DNA of 64,000 nucleotides from Candidatus Marinacidobacterales bacterium (GCA_965237955.1 OZ250169.1:1248001-1312000); one strand, 5' to 3'; positions 11,141 to 21,977 are shown, counted from the first letter of the stretch. Made by a program: numbers and translations. Notes: generated by a model not told the origin, from the sequence alone.

Positions 11141-14100
11141 CTAATGTGAGCCATCGCCGGCATCATCGGTGACACCCGTGAGCTCGTCGAGCTTCGCGAC
11201 CTGCTCGTCGAGATGGCGCCTCAGGCTCTGGTAGCGCTCGACCGCGTCCACGCCCGGGCGCTGGTCGGCGCGGTCGAGATTGCTGCAGAGATAGCTGAGC
11301 TGATCGATGAGCATCGGCTGCGAGTAGCGGCGGGGCGCAGTCACGATCTCTTTTCGGATTTCCGCGAGCGCGCTTCTCGTGGCACCGGTGGCGCTCTCGA
11401 GCGCGTCATCCAACCGCGCTGCAGCGAGCCGGGCGCTACTCAGCGCGTCCCGCGCTTTCAAGCTGAGCTCGACCTGCGCCGCAATATCTTCGCTCGACAC
11501 GAAGCCTTCCTTGGCCACGCGAGGATCGAGTCTCGCTTCGAACGATACCGTGCGGCTCCAATTCCCTAGCGTGAGTCGAGCGTGGTAGCTGCCCGGAGCG
11601 ACCAGCGGTCCGTTCCGCCCCGATCGCTCGGCGTCCTCGTGCCAAGGTCCTGGATATCGGAGCTGCCACGTAAAGCGATGCATCCCTGCGCTCTTGTCGA
11701 GCTTCGGCGTGCCCACGCGCTCGAGCCGCCACTCGCGCATGCTCGCTTCTCGGGGAAGAACGTTCCGTTCTCCGGAGTCGTGGCTCGAGAACGAGCGGAT
11801 GACATCGCCGTCCGCGTCGAGAATGTCGATCTTCAACTCCCCCTCCGACTCGTCCGGCTCGCTCGCGAGGTAGTAGTCGATGTTCGCACCCACCACTGGA
11901 TACTGCGGCTCGTCGGGTGCGTAACTCGATTTCACCAGTTGCCCAGGTGTCCGAATTCGATAGGGATCCTTGACCTCGAAGAGATGCGCGGGCGCCGCGG
12001 CAACGCTCCCGTCGATCTCGTGTAGCGGCGTCAGGTCGTAGAGGATCCAGAAGCTTCGACCCATGGTCGAGATAACGAGGTCTTTTTGGACGACCTTGAG
12101 GTCCGTAATCGGCGTCACCGGAAGATTCAGTTGGAACGACTGCCAGCTGTCTCCGTCGTCGAACGAGATGAACATCCCGAACTCCGTACCTGCATAAAGG
12201 AGCCCCTCGCGATCGGGATCTTCACGCACCACCCGCACCGGGTGGTCGTTGGGAATACCGTTCGTTCCCGTCGTGATGCGGTTCCAGGTTTCGCCATAGT
12301 CGGTGGTCTTGTATGCGTACGGTGTGAAGTCGCCAAGCTGGTACCGAAGGATCGCAGCATAAGCCTTGGACGGCTGGTGCGGAGAGACTTCGATGTTCTG
12401 CACGCGTCCGTAAGGCCCGATCCCGGGTGGGGTCACTTCCTTCCAATTCGCACCGTTGTCGCGTGAGATGTGGATGGGACCGTCGTTGGCCCCAACCCAG
12501 AGGACGCCCCGCTCGTGGGTCGATTCTTGAATCTCGTAAATGACACTGAAGTGCTCCTCGCCGGTCACGTCGATCGTGATCGGGTCTCCCGAAACAACCT
12601 GGGTCTCGGGCGTGAACACCGTGAGGTCGGTCGAGATCGTCTGCCACGAGCGCCCGCCGTCTTCGGTCGCGTGAACGTACTGAGACGTGTGATACACGCG
12701 ATTGGAATCGTGGGGTGAGACGTGGATGGGCGCCACCCGTTGAAACCGGAACATCAGGTCTTTGGGGTTGTGGCCGTAAAGGTTCTGGAAGCCTACATAA
12801 TAATGTTGCTCCTGACCGGTCCTGCGATTGAAGACCCCGAACCGGCCCTTGCAATTCGCGTAAACGATGTCGGGATCCCCCGGCTTGGGGACGACCGGAC
12901 CGGTCTCACACCCGCCTTGCGACTCCCACAGGGACTTATGACCTCCGGGCATGCGGCGCGGCGGAAAGCTCGGTACGGAGATCGTGGAGTTGTCCTGTTG
13001 CCCCGCGTACAACCGGTACGGGAACCCGTCGCTCACGTCTACCTGATAGAGCTCGGCGGTCGGCTGATTGAACTGGGTCGACCACGTCTCGCCGCCGTCG
13101 AGCGACACGTTCGCACCGCCGTCGTTCGATTGGATGAGGATGTTCGGGTCGTCGGGGTTTACCCACATGTCGTGGTTGTCGCCGCTAGGCGTCGGCTTGC
13201 GCGTCCACGTCTTCCCGCCGTCCTCCGACATGTAGTGACCCTCGGCCATACCCCAAAGGATGTCCGGATTAATAGGATGCGCTTCGAGGTTGCAGTAGTA
13301 GAACGGCCGATTACGAATGGGCTGAAAGTCCGTGACTTGGCGCCAGCCGGCACCACGATTATCGGAGCGATACACGCCACCTTCGGTGCCCGGCGCTTCG
13401 ATGAGCACGTAGACTCTGTCGGGGTCGGCGGGTGAGACCGCAAGGTCCGCTTTGCCGCGCAAACCGCTCGGAAGGCCACGCGTTAGCTGGTTCCAAGTGT
13501 CGCCGCCATCCGTGGTTTTGTAGACACCGCCTTCGTGGCCACCGCTTACGATGGTCCACGGCTTGCGCTCTGCGCGCCACATCGTCGCGTAAATCTCGCT
13601 CGGGTCGTCCGGTACGAACTCGAGATCGACGGCGCCGGTCTCGTCGGAGACGAACAGAACGTTCTCCCAGCTCTCGCCTCCATCTTTCGAGCGATACACG
13701 CCGCGCTCGGGATTGGAGATGAACGGGTTACCGATCGCGGCAACGTAGACGAGATCCGGATTCTCCGGATGGATGAGGATGGCGCCGCTGTTGCCGGTTT
13801 TCTCGAGACCGATGTGTGTCCACGTTTTCCCGGCGTCAGTTGATTTGTACACACCCTTGCCAATGATGACGTTGCTTCGAAGTGCGTCCGAACCGGTGGC
13901 GACGTACACGATGTTCGGGTTCGAATCGGCCATACGGATCGCGCCGATGGAGCCGGTCGCGAAGTAGCCGTCGCTTACCGGATACCAGATGTTGCCGTAG
14001 TCATCGGTCTTCCACACGCCACCGCCCACGGTGCCCATATAAAACGTCGACGGGTGCGCGCGATGCCCGGCAACAGCGGTTACCCGGCCGCCGCGCGACG

Positions 14101-14206
14101 GCCCCACCATCCGGTACTGAAGGCCGGAAAACAAACTCGGGGAATATTCAGCCGTCGCGGCTGAACCCACTCCCAGGACGATCATGATCGCGGCGATACG
14201 GCGCAT
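11141..14206 (-). CDS. Secreted VPS10/BNR-repeat beta-propeller protein (glycosyl hydrolase-like), intact
   Basis: Signal peptide, GPSRGGRVTAVAG, multiple SxDGGxTW repeats; 1021 aa open frame. Confidence 0.9.
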   Translation of the reverse strand: MRRIAAIMIVLGVGSAATAEYSPSLFSGLQYRMVGPSRGGRVTAVAGHRAHPSTFYMGTVGGGVWKTDDYGNIWYPVSDGYFATGSIGAIRMADSNPNIVYVATGSDALRSNVIIGKGVYKSTDAGKTWTHIGLEKTGNSGAILIHPENPDLVYVAAIGNPFISNPERGVYRSKDGGESWENVLFVSDETGAVDLEFVPDDPSEIYATMWRAERKPWTIVSGGHEGGVYKTTDGGDTWNQLTRGLPSGLRGKADLAVSPADPDRVYVLIEAPGTEGGVYRSDNRGAGWRQVTDFQPIRNRPFYYCNLEAHPINPDILWGMAEGHYMSEDGGKTWTRKPTPSGDNHDMWVNPDDPNILIQSNDGGANVSLDGGETWSTQFNQPTAELYQVDVSDGFPYRLYAGQQDNSTISVPSFPPRRMPGGHKSLWESQGGCETGPVVPKPGDPDIVYANCKGRFGVFNRRTGQEQHYYVGFQNLYGHNPKDLMFRFQRVAPIHVSPHDSNRVYHTSQYVHATEDGGRSWQTISTDLTVFTPETQVVSGDPITIDVTGEEHFSVIYEIQESTHERGVLWVGANDGPIHISRDNGANWKEVTPPGIGPYGRVQNIEVSPHQPSKAYAAILRYQLGDFTPYAYKTTDYGETWNRITTGTNGIPNDHPVRVVREDPDREGLLYAGTEFGMFISFDDGDSWQSFQLNLPVTPITDLKVVQKDLVISTMGRSFWILYDLTPLHEIDGSVAAAPAHLFEVKDPYRIRTPGQLVKSSYAPDEPQYPVVGANIDYYLASEPDESEGELKIDILDADGDVIRSFSSHDSGERNVLPREASMREWRLERVGTPKLDKSAGMHRFTWQLRYPGPWHEDAERSGRNGPLVAPGSYHARLTLGNWSRTVSFEARLDPRVAKEGFVSSEDIAAQVELSLKARDALSSARLAAARLDDALESATGATRSALAEIRKEIVTAPRRYSQPMLIDQLSYLCSNLDRADQRPGVDAVERYQSLRRHLDEQVAKLDELTGVTDDAGDGSH

Positions 14207-14264
14207 TAAAGGCTCCTTCGAATACAGGGCGGGATGTTAGTCGAACTGTGGCAGCAAGACAAAC

Positions 14265-16247
14265 TTACTCGGGCGCCACCATCACGATGTATTGGCTCGT
14301 TCCCTCGTCACCCCAATCACCGCCTGCGGCACTGTTACCCCCGAGCACAACGCACCCGGCAGGAAAGTCGCGACGGTAGAGCTCGAAAAACCTCATCGCG
14401 TCACCCTCGACCTCGACTCGCCCCTTCACCGCCTCCCATTCGTCGAGCCAGTACGGGAGGCGTCGAGCGCGACGGTCGAAACCAACGTAGATCGTCGCCG
14501 CCCGTGCGAGACGGAGCGATAGGAAACCCTCGCCGCGCGCGAGCTTGTCGTCGTTTGCGGTTCGCACTAGAAAGCCACCGTCGAGAACCGAGGGAAACGA
14601 CGCGAGCGTATAGGCACGATCGATGTAATACCGCTTCCCGACTCCGAGCGTCGTGAGCCCGTAGCTCGAAGGACGAAGCTCTGTTATCAAATTCGCGGTC
14701 GCAGCGCTCGAGACACGCCACGCTTCCGTGTAGCCTGTTGCGCCCCGAGTCGTCAGCGCACGCACGCGATACCAATACGTCGCTCCCGGCGACGCGTCGC
14801 GGTCGGTGAAGCGCGTCTCGCCTGGAGGAAGCGTAGCGATGATCTCGAAGGTGCCCGGGGTAACCCCTTCGCCTCGCGCGCGTTCGACCTCGAACCCGCT
14901 CGTGCCTTCGCTGTTATCGACCCAGACGAGCCTCGTGGCCCCATCATTGGTTGGGCGTACGGTGAGCTTCGAGGGTGCTTCGGTCTCGATCGCGCGACGT
15001 TTGCGATCTCGACGGAATGCACCGGCCGCGATCGCCCAGTCAGAGCGGTAGGGCGCGCGCCACTCGTGACGACCCGGCGCATACTTGCCAAGTTCGAGCT
15101 CCTCGTACGGCTTCGTGGTATCGACGGCGACGACCGCCAACGCGCTAACCGCGTTTTTCAGATCGAGATCGACGCGGTCAGTGTTCTCTCGGTAAAAGAG
15201 GTAATGCTCTCCGGCGTCACCCAGGCATAGGCTCCGGCGGCTCGGGTTCGTCTTCGCCGCGCTGCAGCGCTTCATCGGTTCCAGGAAACGACCTCGCACG
15301 AGCTCGAAGTAAGTGCGAATCTGGCCGCGGTTCGGAAACGGCGCGGAGCCGAGCTCGTGCGAGCCGCCGTCTTTTAGATGACCCCAGATGTTCGCGACAC
15401 CACCCGCGAACGTCGAGTGATATAGACCTCGCCGGATCTCTCGAGGTGAGTAGTGCTTTCTATCGCTCGACGGCAGCACGCGGAAGCGATCTTCGGACAT
15501 CACCGGTTTGTCCGGATTCGATTCGAGCGCGTCGACGTAAACCGCGTAGCTCGGTTTGTGATGCTCGTAGCTCGCGTAGTCGAGCCCGCGATTCCAAGCC
15601 GCGTAGCGTTCGTGGTTCCGACCGTTGTTCGGCCCTTGAGGTCTGCCACCCATGAAGCGGAACCCCGGTAGTAGCCGATGCATGCGATCGCGCCACGCGT
15701 GGATTTCAGACGCTTCGACCCACTCGTCGAGATCGAAGCCGTAGCCGAGCGTCCACCCCGGAAGGGGTCCGAGTCGCTCGGCGATCGCCGCTTCCACCTT
15801 CCGCGCAACCGGGCCGTCCAGTCCTTCCCAGTCGTCTCGAGCCGACGGGGTCTGACCGCGCTCTTCATCACCCCACATCCACAAGTGGACCATGCCGGTC
15901 GCGGCGTAGGTTTTGCGAATGAGCATTTCCAACGCTTCGAACGTGCGCGGGTCCAGCTCGGGATCGGTCCCCTCCGCTTCGCGACAATCCGGCTCCCCGA
16001 TGTCGAACCATCGACATGAGACGAAAACGTGAAACCCGTTGAAGCCGTACGTGTCCAGATACAGGCGCACGTCGGCATCGACCTTCCCGGGGTTCCCATA
16101 GAAGTTGGGCGGGGTCGCGTACATGACGAGCTGAGGGACGAACACCTCTCCGGTGCCGGCCCATCCCCACTTGTTGCCAAAGTGTGTCAGCTCGCCGCGA
16201 TCAGACGGTTGAACGAGAGCGAGCCACAAGAGAAAGCGCATCTGCAT
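14265..16247 (-). CDS. Secreted protein with putative glycoside-hydrolase-like N-terminal domain and fibronectin type III domain
   Basis: Short hydrophobic N-terminus; FN3 signature (LVWVDNS...GFEVER...FTD...ATYWYRVRA). The start may be the second ATG at 16241. Confidence 0.65.
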   Translation of the reverse strand: MQMRFLLWLALVQPSDRGELTHFGNKWGWAGTGEVFVPQLVMYATPPNFYGNPGKVDADVRLYLDTYGFNGFHVFVSCRWFDIGEPDCREAEGTDPELDPRTFEALEMLIRKTYAATGMVHLWMWGDEERGQTPSARDDWEGLDGPVARKVEAAIAERLGPLPGWTLGYGFDLDEWVEASEIHAWRDRMHRLLPGFRFMGGRPQGPNNGRNHERYAAWNRGLDYASYEHHKPSYAVYVDALESNPDKPVMSEDRFRVLPSSDRKHYSPREIRRGLYHSTFAGGVANIWGHLKDGGSHELGSAPFPNRGQIRTYFELVRGRFLEPMKRCSAAKTNPSRRSLCLGDAGEHYLFYRENTDRVDLDLKNAVSALAVVAVDTTKPYEELELGKYAPGRHEWRAPYRSDWAIAAGAFRRDRKRRAIETEAPSKLTVRPTNDGATRLVWVDNSEGTSGFEVERARGEGVTPGTFEIIATLPPGETRFTDRDASPGATYWYRVRALTTRGATGYTEAWRVSSAATANLITELRPSSYGLTTLGVGKRYYIDRAYTLASFPSVLDGGFLVRTANDDKLARGEGFLSLRLARAATIYVGFDRRARRLPYWLDEWEAVKGRVEVEGDAMRFFELYRRDFPAGCVVLGGNSAAGGDWGDEGTSQYIVMVAPE

Positions 16248-16392
16248 CCAAGCTTAGCAATTTCCATAGGGTTCAGGCTCAACTCACGTAATATCATACA
16301 GTTGCAACAACTAGCGGGGCGTTCATGGCGTGAATGTCCTTTCCGCCACCAGCTGGTACAATGAAAAGAAAAAGTCCCTCGCAGTCAAACAC

Positions 16393-17670
16393 ATGGGAAA
16401 AGACCGCATTTTGGTCGTCGACGACGACCCTGACAATCGGGCCATGATCGGCCACTTTCTCAGCAACTGGGGCTACGACGTCGACGACGCGAAAAACGGC
16501 AAAGTAGCACTCGAGAAGGTGGCGGCTCACCCGCCGAAGCTCGTCTTGCTCGACCTCGAGATGCCCGAGATGGACGGGTTCGAGACGTGCGAACACTTGA
16601 AGACCAATCCCGACACCGAGTGGATTCCCGTCATCATCTTCACCGGGCTCGAGAAAATGCCGCACCGCATCCGCGGTTTCCGCCACGGCGCCGACGACTA
16701 CGTCGTCAAGACGGTGGAGCCCGACGAGCTTCGAACCCGGATTGAGCTGGTGTTGAAGCGCACCAAGAAGTATTCGAGCCTCGCGGGTCTGAACACCGAC
16801 AACAACGCGGTTCCCGTCATCAATGCGGAATCTCACCCGCAAGATGCTCCCATCGAATCGTCACAATCTCAATCTCAACGCGACTTGGCGGTCTCGGTTT
16901 CGTTGGCGCGGATCCCGTTTCCCGAAGCGATGCGACTCGTCCTCGCCCACGGCGAGAACGGGATCGTTCACATCAGCGACGGTACTCGGATGGGTGCCGT
17001 TCACATCATGGCGGGCGAAGTCGTCCACGCGGTCGCCAGAAACGACCAGGGGGAGGAAGCTTTCTACGAGCTCGCTCTTTGGAGGAGCGGCCGCTTCGAC
17101 TTCCAGGAAACCGATCCGGGAACGACGCAATCGATCCGAACACCGGCCCGCAGCCTTCTCGTCGAGTCCAGCCGGCGCCAGGACGCATGGGCCATGATCT
17201 CGACCAAAGTGCCGAGCTTCGATTTGATCCCCAAGTGGGTGCCGCTCCAGGGAGCCTCTTCGATTCGGTTGACGAAGTCGGATTGGGCAGTGATTCGCCT
17301 AGTGGACGGTCGACGAACGATCCGAGAGATCGTCGACGTGCTCGAGACCGATATCTTCGAAGCCGGACGCGTCGTGTTCAGCCTCATCACCGTTGGCGTT
17401 CTCCGCCTCGACAATGCCGCGGATCAAAAAGACGATGCGTTCGATCTCGTCCCGCTCAGGGGCGACCAACTCGCGGTCACCGAACCGTTCGAGCTCAGCG
17501 CTGGCGAATGGGCGCTCTTGTCACGCGTCGATGGGCAGACAAACCTCGCGTCGATCCGGGAAGTCATGAACGTCGCACCGGCTGGTTTCATGAAAGCGGT
17601 ACGAACGCTGAAGGACAAAGGATTCATCCGACTCGCCTCGCGAGAACGACGAGCGCGTAAAGGGGCTTGA
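16393..17670 (+). CDS. Response regulator with DUF4388 (PatA-N-like) domain
   Basis: REC (ILVVDDD, LLDLEMPEMDG, GADDYVVK), then GEEAFYELALWRSGRFDF and two wHTH-like segments. Confidence 0.85.
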   Translation: MGKDRILVVDDDPDNRAMIGHFLSNWGYDVDDAKNGKVALEKVAAHPPKLVLLDLEMPEMDGFETCEHLKTNPDTEWIPVIIFTGLEKMPHRIRGFRHGADDYVVKTVEPDELRTRIELVLKRTKKYSSLAGLNTDNNAVPVINAESHPQDAPIESSQSQSQRDLAVSVSLARIPFPEAMRLVLAHGENGIVHISDGTRMGAVHIMAGEVVHAVARNDQGEEAFYELALWRSGRFDFQETDPGTTQSIRTPARSLLVESSRRQDAWAMISTKVPSFDLIPKWVPLQGASSIRLTKSDWAVIRLVDGRRTIREIVDVLETDIFEAGRVVFSLITVGVLRLDNAADQKDDAFDLVPLRGDQLAVTEPFELSAGEWALLSRVDGQTNLASIREVMNVAPAGFMKAVRTLKDKGFIRLASRERRARKGA

Positions 17671-17785
17671 TCAGCTTCCGGCTATCCGCTACCCGATGCC
17701 GCGGTCGAATTGTTGCTTTTTCCGACGAAATTGCGGATAATATAAACACCAACACAATTCGGGAACGCCGAACGGGGGAACGGCC

Positions 17786-18700
17786 ATGCGCCATCATTGG
17801 CCCATCTTGAGAACTGCGTTAGCGGCTCTTGCCCCATTGGTTCTAATCACCTGGATTCACTGGGACGCTGTCGCCGCCGTTACACTTTCGCTGACGAGCG
17901 TTACCTGGCTCCTCCTCGCCGGCGCCCTCTACACGCAGCTCGTCGAGTATTGGTGTCACCGCGTACCGATGCACCGCGGTCTTCCGTATCTGACCTACGT
18001 TCGATGGAATCATCTCGACCATCACCGTATTTTCCGCGGGACGAACTTCCAAACGCGGGATGTCGACGATCTCGAACACATCACCGGCCGGTTTTGGGTC
18101 TTTCCGATACTTTTTCTCGTCCACTACGCCGCACTCGTCTTCGTCATCGAAGCGCAGGCGCTCATCGTTTTCCTGCTCGGTACCGTGCTCCACTATCTCG
18201 TGTTCGAGGCTACGCACTGGCTCACCCACATCGAGGACAACCCTGTCGACCGCATGCTCGCGCGCATTCCGCTCGTCTCCGAGCTTCGTGCGTATCAAAT
18301 CGAGCACCACCGCATCCATCATGAAGTGCCCGAGATGGCTTTCAATTTCAATCCGCCGTACCTCGGCGACCGTATCGCCGGCCATATGCCCAACCGAGCG
18401 GAAGCGTGGGCAGGCGGAGTCGCCTTCGAAACGCCAGAGGCAGCGCTGGTGCCAACCGTCGCGCCACAACCGATCGTCCCGGTCGTCGAGGCACGATTCG
18501 GCGTTTGGCGTCGGCGACTCGTTCGCTACGGCTCCGCCGCCGCCGTCGGCGTCGCGCTCGTCGGTGCCGTCGTCGTTGCACACGGCCTCCTCACTAAGGG
18601 CCGCCGACAAAATAACTGTCTAGTTTTGAGCACACTCTTCCTGTTTCAGGTCGTGATCGCGATGTCGTCTGGCATCACGAGAGCCTGGCAAGCTCCCTAG
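17786..18700 (+). CDS. Fatty acid hydroxylase/sterol desaturase family membrane protein; native 3' end displaced by ISAzo13
   Basis: His boxes HRVPMH, HLDHH, HWLTH, HHRIHH. Removing the IS restores ...LTKGPSPEQTA* ending at 20554. Confidence 0.8.
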   Translation: MRHHWPILRTALAALAPLVLITWIHWDAVAAVTLSLTSVTWLLLAGALYTQLVEYWCHRVPMHRGLPYLTYVRWNHLDHHRIFRGTNFQTRDVDDLEHITGRFWVFPILFLVHYAALVFVIEAQALIVFLLGTVLHYLVFEATHWLTHIEDNPVDRMLARIPLVSELRAYQIEHHRIHHEVPEMAFNFNPPYLGDRIAGHMPNRAEAWAGGVAFETPEAALVPTVAPQPIVPVVEARFGVWRRRLVRYGSAAAVGVALVGAVVVAHGLLTKGRRQNNCLVLSTLFLFQVVIAMSSGITRAWQAP

Positions 18701-20523
18701 AAACGGAACATTTGTAGATCTTCAGCAACCAGCGCGTGTTTGACAAACGGTCCTCATTTTAGGGAGGATTACGCCTATCAAGGAGCACTTCTCCTATTAT
18801 GAGACCTACGAGCTATCAGTCTGAAGATCTCGACCGCCTGTTGAGGAAGCACAAAATAGCTACCCTCGATGATTTGAAGGCAGTGTTGGGTACCGATGTG
18901 GACTCGACCGTCTTCCGAAAGCTCAATGAGTTGGCGTATCGGACAAGCTACTCCCACCGTGGTAGCTACTACACGTTGGACGAGATCGCCCAGTTCGATC
19001 GAAAAGGTCTTTGGTCGTTGCGCTCAGTGTGGTTCTCGAAGTACGGGACGTTGCTTGCGACGGTAAAAGCGTTGGTCGCGGCCTGTGAGGCAGGCTACTA
19101 CGTCGACGAGCTCGAGGACGTGGTGCAGGTTGACGTCAAGGCTCCTCTGTTGAAACTGGTCCGAGAGAAAAGATTGGCGCGCGAGCAGGTGTTCGGCCGA
19201 TATCTGTATCTGGCCACCGATGTGAGCACGCGCAAGCAACAGCTCTCGGCCCGCCAGGTACATGAGGCGTCACCTTCCACGTTGGGCTGGGTCGGGGGAG
19301 TCCGCGTGCTCCCCGTGGAGTTGAAGGCTGCGATCGTTCTTTTCTACAGCCTGCTCGATGAAAAGCAGCGCCGTCTCTACGCGGGAGTCGAGGCCATGAA
19401 GCTCGGTCACGGTGGCGACCAACAGATTGCCGAACTGCTCGGGATGGATCCGAGCACGGTAGCCAGAGGTCGTAGGGAATTGCTAATGAGAGATGTTGAG
19501 CTCGACGGAGTTCGGCGAAAGGGTGGCGGACGGCGCGCCGTGCAAAAAAAACGCCAGAAGTCATCGCCAAGATCGAAGAACTCATGAAGCACGACACCGC
19601 GGGCGATCCGATGACGGGAGTGAAATGGACGCGGCGGACCACCGACAAGATTGCTTGCGAGCTAAGAAGCCTTGGTGTGAACGTCAGCAGCAAAACCGTC
19701 GGTCGACTGCTCAAACAGCTCGGCTTCTCGTTGCGGGTGAACCACAAGAAGCTGTGCGGTGCCACGTCCGAAGATCGCGATACCCAATTCGCGTGTATCG
19801 CCGAACTGCGCGAGCGTTTTGCCGCAGCTGGTCATCCCATCATCAGCGTAGACACGAAGAAACGGGAGCTGGTGGGATTATTCAAAAACGGCGGGCAGGC
19901 CTGGAACCGCGAGCCGACTCTCGTCAAAGACCATGACTTCCGTTCCGAATCGAACGGCATCGCAATCCCCTACGGCGTCTACGATCTGCTCGCGAACCGC
20001 GGGACAGTGTTCATTGGTACCTCGTACAACACCCCGGACTTCGCCGTGAATGCCATCGAGAAGTGGTGGCGAACGGAAGGACGGCGACGCTATCCTGCAG
20101 CCCGTGACCTCGCGATATTGGCAGACGCCGGGGGCAGCAATGGCTATCGGTGTCGGGGTTGGAAGCACGGGCTTCAAACGCGGATTTGCAATCGCCACGA
20201 CATCGCTATCACCATAGCCCACTATCCGTCCGGTACATCCAAGTGGAATCCAGTGGAGCACCGTCTGTTCAGCGAGATCAGCAAGAACTGGGCGGGCAGG
20301 CCTCTCGACAGCTACGAAACCATCCTCAAATACATCCGCACGACCACCACCTCTTCCGGTTTGCGAGTACGCGCACACCTTATCCGGCGTCGTTATCCGA
20401 AGGGCGTCAAAATCACTGACGAGCGGATGCAGGCGCTTTCCGTTACAAAGGACCAGACTCTACCCAAATGGAACTACACCATCCGACCGTCTTGAAAACG
20501 GGAACTTATTTTGTCGCCGGCCC
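18598..20523 (+). mobile_element. ISAzo13-family element
   Basis: TIR gggccgccgacaaaataa / ttattttgtcgccggccc; 3-bp TSD TAA (18595-18597, 20524-20526). Confidence 0.9.
18799..20495 (+). CDS. ISAzo13 transposase in two ORFs (18799-19587, 19584-20495), probably joined by a -1 frameshift
   Basis: A8 slippery run at 19544-19551; motifs LDEKQRRLYAG, GDPM, ISVDTKKRE, DAGGSNG, SKWNPVEHRLFS. Confidence 0.88.
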
Positions 20524-20550
20524 TAAGGGCCCGTCTCCCGAGCAAACCGC

Positions 20551-20683
20551 CTAGTCCCCCGGATCTTTGATTACTATACAAAGTTAGGCTTTTCGCCAGC
20601 CCATAAGATTCATAAGATTCATGCACTTAGAATGGTTTCGGCAAGCTCTGCTTTATCTAGTTTGTTCTGATACAGGGGACTAG
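20551..20683. mobile_element. IS630-derived MITE, copy 1 (133 bp including flanking CTAGs)
   Basis: Near-identical to 56459-56591; ends ctagtcccc / ggggactag match the IS630 ends. Confidence 0.92.
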
Positions 20684-20731
20684 CGCACCCGCCGCTTTTG
20701 CGGTGGAAAACGTCGGGTTTCCCCAACTTTA

Positions 20732-20986
20732 AACACGCTGAAGATCGACAAGTTCTTCACTCGGGGCATCGCCGTCGACGGCAAGGATGCCACCATCAAG
20801 AAAGCCCTGCTCGCGATGGGACACCGACTCGAGTTGAACGTCGTTGCGGAGGGCGTCGAAAACGAGGCACAGATGTCGTTTCTCGGCGAGCACCACCGGG
20901 CCGAAGTACAAGGCTACCTTTTCGGGAAGCCCATCCCGGCTTCGGAGCTCGCGAGAACGTTGGAACAATACGCCATCGCGGTCTGA
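20732..20986 (+). pseudogene. C-terminal fragment of an EAL phosphodiesterase domain
   Basis: LKIDKFF...NVVAEGVENEAQ...VQGYLFGKP; no N-terminal part. Confidence 0.85.
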
Positions 20987-21067
20987 CCCTTAGGGTCCTT
21001 ACACCCGCCCGCTGAATCCGGTACCATGGATTCATCCGCATTTCGCCGGATGTTGATTTGCTGTCCA

Positions 21068-21877
21068 ATGCCCTATACCGGACGTCTCGAGGCGACTCCC
21101 CTTCTGGACATCGTGCAGATCATCGCGTACTCGCAGCAAAGCGGTCTTCTCTCCGTCAAAGGGAGCAACACCAAAGGGCTTCTGATTTTTCAGGCTGGGA
21201 ACATTATCTGCGCCTACTCGCCTACCGCATTGCCGCTCCTCGTCAAAGCCGCCAAAGAACAAAATCCTGACAATCGCCTCTCGCTCAGACGCATCCAGGT
21301 GCTCGCCGCTCTCCGAGAGCTATTCGACGTCGGCGAAGGCGACTATCGTTTCGTCAAGAAAGCCGAGCCCATCACCGAGCTCGAGGGGCTCGATATGAGG
21401 TTGTTCTACGCGAGCGGCCCACTGGACACCGGCGATCTCCTGCTCGTCCTCGAGAACGCGATGGACGAGCAGCCGCAGGATATCCAAGTCACCCGCGTTT
21501 CTCCGCCGGAATCGCGCGTGGCCACCGAAGGCCGTGTGCATCCTCGCTACGGGCCGATCGTCGTCCAAGCCACCCTCGAGTTCGCCGGCACCACCGTCGT
21601 CGGTTATTTGACTAATCTGAGCGAGGGCGGTACTTTCTTCCACGCGGACGAGTTTCCTGGACCCGATAGCGAGTGTGAGCTCGGTTTCGAGCTTCCATGG
21701 GAGCTAGGGTACTGTCAGGCGAAAACCAAAGTGGCCTGGCTCCGCTCCGAGGGGCCCGACACCCGACGAGGCGTCGGGCTGACTTTCCTCGAGGTCTCCC
21801 CCGACAGCAAGGGAAGAATCGCCGCCTATTTGGAGCGATTCCAGGAGCTCGCCGCAGATGTGGATTTCGAGGCCTAG
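21068..21877 (+). CDS. DUF4388 plus PilZ domain protein
   Basis: N-terminal GRLEATPLLDIVQII...SGLL; C-terminal RVHPR and NLSEGG PilZ motifs, GVGLTF. Confidence 0.85.
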   Translation: MPYTGRLEATPLLDIVQIIAYSQQSGLLSVKGSNTKGLLIFQAGNIICAYSPTALPLLVKAAKEQNPDNRLSLRRIQVLAALRELFDVGEGDYRFVKKAEPITELEGLDMRLFYASGPLDTGDLLLVLENAMDEQPQDIQVTRVSPPESRVATEGRVHPRYGPIVVQATLEFAGTTVVGYLTNLSEGGTFFHADEFPGPDSECELGFELPWELGYCQAKTKVAWLRSEGPDTRRGVGLTFLEVSPDSKGRIAAYLERFQELAADVDFEA

Positions 21878-21977
21878 AAGCCCGAATCCCCTGATAATTA
21901 ATAAATGATGAATTTCCGGCGAAAGCCGGATAATCCAGTTTTGTGCCCGCAACGGGGCTTGGTAGCAAGGAGAAATA

